Shown here: in pieces, positions 59,513 to 64,000 of the stretch
Position numbering within the stretch: position 1 is the stretch's first letter
Layout: every line of letters starts with the position of its first letter
Assembly (NCBI GenBank): GCA_015711955.1
Contig: MU158684.1
Span: forward strand, 11,815 to 75,814
From: Actinomycetota bacterium
Lineage (GTDB): Bacteria > Actinomycetota > Geothermincolia > Geothermincolales > RBG-13-55-18
Direction of reading: 5' to 3'
Length of the DNA: 64,000 nt
The notes under the pieces: model-generated
Databases searched by the model: none
What the model was told of the DNA's origin: nothing
What the model saw: only the letters and a program-made list of their open reading frames with translations
Program-made: the position numbers and the translations under genes

Positions 59513-60121
59513 CTAAAGGTTCGAAGGCCTTCTGCGATCGGTCATTCCGTATATCAAGAAAGTGGCCACATTTCGCGCGATCTTAGCGATGTCGGTATCG
59601 TTCTTGTAAAAAAAGTAGATGAGGGCTATGTGTTGGGGTACCCCAGCGATCACCGTGGCGGCGATATCGAGGTCCATGGATTTGAAGAGCCCCTTTTCTA
59701 TGCCCTTTTTCAGGATTTCTTTGACGAACTCCCCCAGTTTCTCCTGCCACCTTATTACCATGAAGTCTATCTCCGGGTTGACCCTCATGACTTCCCGTAG
59801 GTAGATGGCCGCGAAGTCCAGGTTCTCCAAGAAGAAGCGGTAGAGCCTTTCGAAGGTCTCGGCGGTCTTGGCGTGGAACTCCTTGAGGGTAGTGGGCTGC
59901 CCTGCCAGCGATTCGCTGGCGATGCTGTAAAGCTGGTCCAGGATGCTCTGAAGCAGTTCCACGTAAAGGTCTTTCTTGCTGTCGAAATAGCTGTAAAAGG
60001 TGGCCCTGGCCACGCCGGATTCCCGAAGGATGTCCTCCACGGTGGTCTTTTGGAATCCCTTTTCGGCGAAGACCTTCTTGCCCGCCCTCAGTATGTCCTC
60101 TCTCCGGCTCTTCCTGGGCAT
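59513..60121 (-). CDS. TetR/AcrR-family transcriptional regulator
   Basis: The HTH region is ILRAGKKVFAEKGFQKTTVEDILRESGVARATFYSYFDSKKDL. Confidence 0.9.
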   Translation of the reverse strand: MPRKSRREDILRAGKKVFAEKGFQKTTVEDILRESGVARATFYSYFDSKKDLYVELLQSILDQLYSIASESLAGQPTTLKEFHAKTAETFERLYRFFLENLDFAAIYLREVMRVNPEIDFMVIRWQEKLGEFVKEILKKGIEKGLFKSMDLDIAATVIAGVPQHIALIYFFYKNDTDIAKIARNVATFLIYGMTDRRRPSNL

Positions 60122-60217
60122 CCTACACCTCCGCTGGATACTTTTGGTTTCCGAAGGGTAATATAAACGAATGTTTGAGGCAATAGTGTCTATAATTCTG
60201 TCCAGGAAACTAAATTA

Positions 60218-60245
60218 TGTCAAGGCTGATCATTAAGCCTTGACA
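60218..60245. promoter_or_regulatory. Candidate TetR operator: perfect 10-bp inverted repeat
   Basis: TGTCAAGGCT-gatcatta-AGCCTTGACA. Each arm contains a TTGACA -35-like hexamer facing outward toward the divergent genes. Confidence 0.6.
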
Positions 60246-60375
60246 AGGATCAGTGGTGACGTTTACTCCCAGGTCGCAAGGTCGGGGCAGAACCGGAAAC
60301 TCCTTCCATCAATGCACCCTTGGATAAAAGGCCTTATCATGATATGCGCTTATGAACGAGGATTTCAGGTAGGAT

Positions 60376-61173
60376 GTGATCATCAACTGCGGTGAGGCAA
60401 TGAGGAGGTTGAGGGTGAGCATTCTTGTTAAGCCCTCTTCGATCTCTAATACGAGCGTCGCAGACGAGTCTGACCGCATGAGGGAGGACGAGCGGAGGAT
60501 GCTGGTGCTACAATGTTGGGAGAGATTGGAAGGCAAATACAAGATCCCGGAGAGGCCCAAGGCACCCCTCTTAGACGCCCTTTTTAGGGTGCTCCTTTCC
60601 CAGAACACCACCGACAGGAATTGCGACGTAGCGTTTTCTCGCCTCAAGGAACGTTTCCGCCAGTGGGAGGAGGCGGAAACCGCCTCCTTGGAGGATTTGG
60701 AGGAGGCCATCAGGCCCGCGGGCATGTCCAAGATAAGGGCCTCGAGGATCAAGGAGATCCTGGCTTTACTCAAGGAGACTCATAAATCGCTTGACTTGGA
60801 GTTTCTGAAGAAGCTCGACCCCGAAAGCGCGCTGGATTTCCTCCTGTCCCTCCCCGGCGTGGGCATCAAGAGCGCCAGCGTCCTACTCTTGTTCTATCTT
60901 GGTCATCCCTTTTTCCCAGTGGACACCCACGTTTACCGGGTGGGAAGAAGGTTGGGCGTGATACCTCTGCGTCTTGACGTGAAGAAGGCCCACGAGCACA
61001 TGAACCGGGTAGTGCCCGACGATCTGAAGTATCCTTTTCATATGGCCTTGGTGATGCACGGCCGCAGGGTATGTCGGGCTCGCAATCCGCGTTGCGGGGA
61101 GTGCGTTTTGGATGACATATGCCAGAAAGTGGGTCTCGGACTTGAAGACGGAAGAGCCGATCGGGAAGACTGA
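60376..61173 (+). CDS. Endonuclease III-like HhH-GPD DNA glycosylase with 4Fe-4S loop
   Basis: LLSQNTTD, the HhH sequence LPGVGIKSASVLL, VDTHVYRV and the C-terminal CRARNPRCGECVLDDIC are present. The start is uncertain (GTG 60376, ATG 60400 or ATG 60478). Confidence 0.85.
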   Translation: MIINCGEAMRRLRVSILVKPSSISNTSVADESDRMREDERRMLVLQCWERLEGKYKIPERPKAPLLDALFRVLLSQNTTDRNCDVAFSRLKERFRQWEEAETASLEDLEEAIRPAGMSKIRASRIKEILALLKETHKSLDLEFLKKLDPESALDFLLSLPGVGIKSASVLLLFYLGHPFFPVDTHVYRVGRRLGVIPLRLDVKKAHEHMNRVVPDDLKYPFHMALVMHGRRVCRARNPRCGECVLDDICQKVGLGLEDGRADRED

Positions 61174-61174
61174 G

Positions 61175-62623
61175 ATGGGTCTGAAGGCGAGGTTCTTAAA
61201 AAGGGCGAAGCCGGTTTTTGGGGTCTTTTTGGCCCTATGCCTGGTGGCGTTGACCTTCCTTCCCCCACCCCTCTTGGCGACGGGGGCCAGCTCCGGAGTG
61301 GGTCCTGCTCAGTTGCAGGCCCTGAAAGCACAGGTGGAAAGGATAAGAGGGATCAGGGCGCCAGATTCGGTTAGGCTCCAGTACTTGTCCCGCTCGGGTC
61401 TTAGGGAAAAAGTCTTGGAAAACCTGCGCGAGGAAAAGAGCCAAAAGGAGCTGACGAGCGCGGAGGAGATCATGAAGATGCTCGGGTTGATCCCTCCGGA
61501 TCTGGACCTGGCCAAATTGCTGGTGGAGCTTTACACCGAGCAGGTAGGGGGTTTTTACGATTCGGAGGACGACGCCCTTTATCTCGTGGCAGATGCAGCG
61601 GAGATGAACGTGATGGATAGGCTGACTATGGCCCACGAGCTGGTCCATTTCCTGCAGGATCATCGCTTTCGGCTGGACCGGGCCCCTTTCAGCGACAAAG
61701 ATGAGGAGGTGGACGACGACCGCCTTTTCGCCGCTTCCTGCTTGGTGGAAGGGGATGCCATGCTCACTTCCCAGCTTTGGGCCCGGGATCACCTTTCACC
61801 CCATGAGTTAATGCAGCTTGGGGAGTTGAGCAGGAGAGTTCCCACCGACGTTCTTGACCGGGCTCCTCGATATGTAAGAGAATCCCTTCTCTTTCCCTAC
61901 CAGGGCGGTATGGAGTTCGTCGCTCGGCTTTACAGGAAAGGCGGTTTCGCGGCGGTGGACAGGGCCTTCGAGGACCCCCCCAGGTCCAGCGAGGAGGTCA
62001 TGCACCCCGACAAATATCTTTCGGGAGAAAGGCCGTTGGAGGTGGACATCCCTCCTTTGGGCTTGGAAGGCTGGGAGAAGGCCTACGAGAACGTGCTGGG
62101 GGAGTTCGACGTCTACCAGTTGTTCTCCCTTTTCATTCCCGACCATGAGGCTAAGAGAGCGGCTGAGGGATGGAACGGCAACCGCTATGCTTATTTCCGT
62201 GTCCCGGAGGGAGGACAAGTCCTGGCCTGCGTTTTCCTTTGGGACTCGGCGCTCGATGCGGAGGAGTTCATCGTGGCCTTTCAAAGTCATTTGGAAAGTA
62301 GGTTCGGCGGCCGCCTAAATCCCCGCGTGGACCAGGGTTGGAAGCTGGTGGAGGTGGGGGGCTACTTTTACGCTTGGGATTTGAAAGGCGAAAGGGCCCG
62401 ACTGATACAGACCAACTCGCACCAAGCCTTGGAGCAAGTCAAGTCGGCATTAGGGGGTACAGAGGGGGAGCCCTCGGGAGACGAGCGGGAGCCGGAGAAA
62501 ACACGAGATGTGAGTGGATGGCGGTTTACGGCGGTGGCGGCCCTTGTGGCCTCTTTGTTCGTGTTAGGACTTCTCCTCGCAGTTTTCATCTTGGTGTCCT
62601 ATCGTCGACGCCCAAAACCCTAG
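61175..62623 (+). CDS. HExxH zinc-metalloprotease-like protein with N-terminal signal or anchor and C-terminal TM helix
   Basis: MAHELVHFLQDH is present. The N-terminal hydrophobic segment is VFGVFLALCLVALTFL. The C-terminal segment is FTAVAALVASLFVLGLLLAVFILV. ATG at 61175 sits directly after the upstream stop. Confidence 0.65.
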   Translation: MGLKARFLKRAKPVFGVFLALCLVALTFLPPPLLATGASSGVGPAQLQALKAQVERIRGIRAPDSVRLQYLSRSGLREKVLENLREEKSQKELTSAEEIMKMLGLIPPDLDLAKLLVELYTEQVGGFYDSEDDALYLVADAAEMNVMDRLTMAHELVHFLQDHRFRLDRAPFSDKDEEVDDDRLFAASCLVEGDAMLTSQLWARDHLSPHELMQLGELSRRVPTDVLDRAPRYVRESLLFPYQGGMEFVARLYRKGGFAAVDRAFEDPPRSSEEVMHPDKYLSGERPLEVDIPPLGLEGWEKAYENVLGEFDVYQLFSLFIPDHEAKRAAEGWNGNRYAYFRVPEGGQVLACVFLWDSALDAEEFIVAFQSHLESRFGGRLNPRVDQGWKLVEVGGYFYAWDLKGERARLIQTNSHQALEQVKSALGGTEGEPSGDEREPEKTRDVSGWRFTAVAALVASLFVLGLLLAVFILVSYRRRPKP

Positions 62624-62929
62624 GCCTGACATTTCTTTCCACGCAAAGAACCGGCCCATTGTCACCGCAGGCCCTCGCACGGCCAACGTTGAAGCTCCGT
62701 AAAGTACCGTCCCGGGTTCCCTTCCGCGGATGTGTTGGGGCAACAGGTTGAGGGTTGTGGGTCAGGTAAGAACGGTCGGGCTGGGGTTTTTGTCAAATGT
62801 TTAGCCTTGCAAAACATATGAGCATGGACAATATAATACGTCAGTGGTGTGCGGGAACGGTAACCGTGGAAGTTCGTGGTTTGGGAAAGGAATAGTTAAA
62901 GCCACAAAGGGATAAGAGGGAGCCGAAAG

Positions 62930-64000
62930 ATGCTGTCCAGGGTTTTCGAATGGCTGGCCTCCCACAGTTTGAGGAGGCCGTGGTTGGTGGTAATGGTCCT
63001 CGCCGCCATCACCTTGGTGTTGGGAGCGGGGGCTTACCGTATCCGGCAGGAGTTCAGCTACAAGTCCATGCTTCCCCGGGATAAGGAATCGGTGAAAGTG
63101 ATGGAGGAAGCGGGGGAACTATTCGGTGGAACCTTAGAGGAGCAGGTGTTACTCGAAGGCGAACGGGTCCTGGCTGGCTCCACCCTGAGGAAGGTTGCGG
63201 GTTTTGAGGAGGTTTTGAGGGGCCGAGAAGACCTTTGGGGTGTTTTCGTGCGGGATGTGCGTACCCCCTTGGACGACATGGTTTACATCCCGGGAGGCGA
63301 TCTAGCCGCGGCCATTAGCGACGGTGCCCGAGGTGATTACCTGCTGGACAAGCTGGACGGGATGGGCAATGACGAATTGGAGAAGCAGGTCAGGCTGAAC
63401 ATGGAGCTCAACGCATTGCGGTCCTCTCTCACCGGTTTCTCTCGACCGCTAAACATCTCCCTGATGGTCGTGCGCTTCTAATAAATGTCTCCCTGAATCC
63501 GGACCTGGACAGCCAAGAACAGATAAGGTTTGCCGACCCCTATGGGGAACTTGTGTTCCGGCACTTCGAGGAGCCCGGGATAGAGATCTTTCTCAGCGGT
63601 GCCGCCACCATGAGCAGGGACTCCAACCGTCGTGCAATGAAGGATACCCGGATCCTCTTCTTAATGGCCTTCCTGTTTATCCTCTTTGTCCTCTACTTAA
63701 CCTTCCGTAGCCTATCCGACGTGGTCATGACCGTCACGGTGATCCTCCTAACCGTGGTCTGGGTGGTAGGCCTTCAGGGGTGGCTGGGTTTCCCTTTCAC
63801 CTATCAGAGTTCGGGCATATTGCCGCTGCTGCTGGGCATCGACATAGCCTACGCCATCCACGTGCTTTCCAGGTATTACGAGGAAAGGAGGGAAGGGAAA
63901 GACGTTGCCTTTTCCGCCGATAGGTCAGTGGTGACGGTGGGCATGGCCGTCTTTCTAACCGCAGCCACCACTGCCTTCGGGTTCGCCTCCTTCGGAATCT
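62930..64000 (+). pseudogene. MMPL/RND-superfamily (HAE3-like) exporter, reading frame broken near 63436-63441; continues past window end
   Basis: ORF 62930..63481 is a typical N-terminal TM plus periplasmic loop. It ends in TAATAA, but the -1 frame is open and continues ...PDGRALLINVSLNPDLD...RILFLMAFLFILFVLYLTFRS...LLLGIDIAYAIHV... (MMPL TM bundle) to position 64000. Confidence 0.6.

Overview
This is a GC-rich bacterial chromosomal segment. I saw no rRNA, CRISPR array, transposase or integrase. Gene content suggests an anaerobic, high-GC Gram-positive or actinobacterium-like lineage: a dgt-dnaG-rpoD block, a HelY-type helicase, PpdK, desulfoferrodoxin, rubrerythrin and many Fe-S proteins. 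That lineage call is inference only. I can support about 55 protein genes and one tRNA-Asn(GUU). Housekeeping genes are uppS, glyQ-glyS, ppdK, dgt-dnaG-rpoD, trxB, ftsH and carA-carB. Many long ORFs in the supplied track are antisense shadows of real genes, which is typical of high-GC DNA, and I rejected them. Most starts in the track are too far upstream, so I re-placed them using Shine-Dalgarno spacing. The points most worth a second look are these. (1) A peroxiredoxin that the ORF track splits in two has an in-frame TGA exactly at the peroxidatic-Cys codon, followed by a SECIS-like hairpin, so it is probably a selenocysteine peroxiredoxin; it sits in an oxidative-stress island with an EncFtn-like protein, Dfx and Rbr. 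(2) A tight four-gene operon encodes NuoE-like, NuoF-like (HydB-type), 2Fe2S/4Fe4S and glutamate-synthase-central-domain-like proteins. This looks like a HydABC/Bfu-type electron-input module attached to an unusual catalytic subunit. It has a leader terminator, and a GAF-ANTAR regulator gene lies next to it. (3) An 821-aa tandem membrane histidine kinase has a degenerate second module. (4) An orphan larB sits in an operon with a Cys-rich Fe-S protein and a cyclase. (5) Several unexplained repeat or operator-like elements and ORF-free structured gaps remain. The last gene, an MMPL/RND-type exporter, appears frameshifted.
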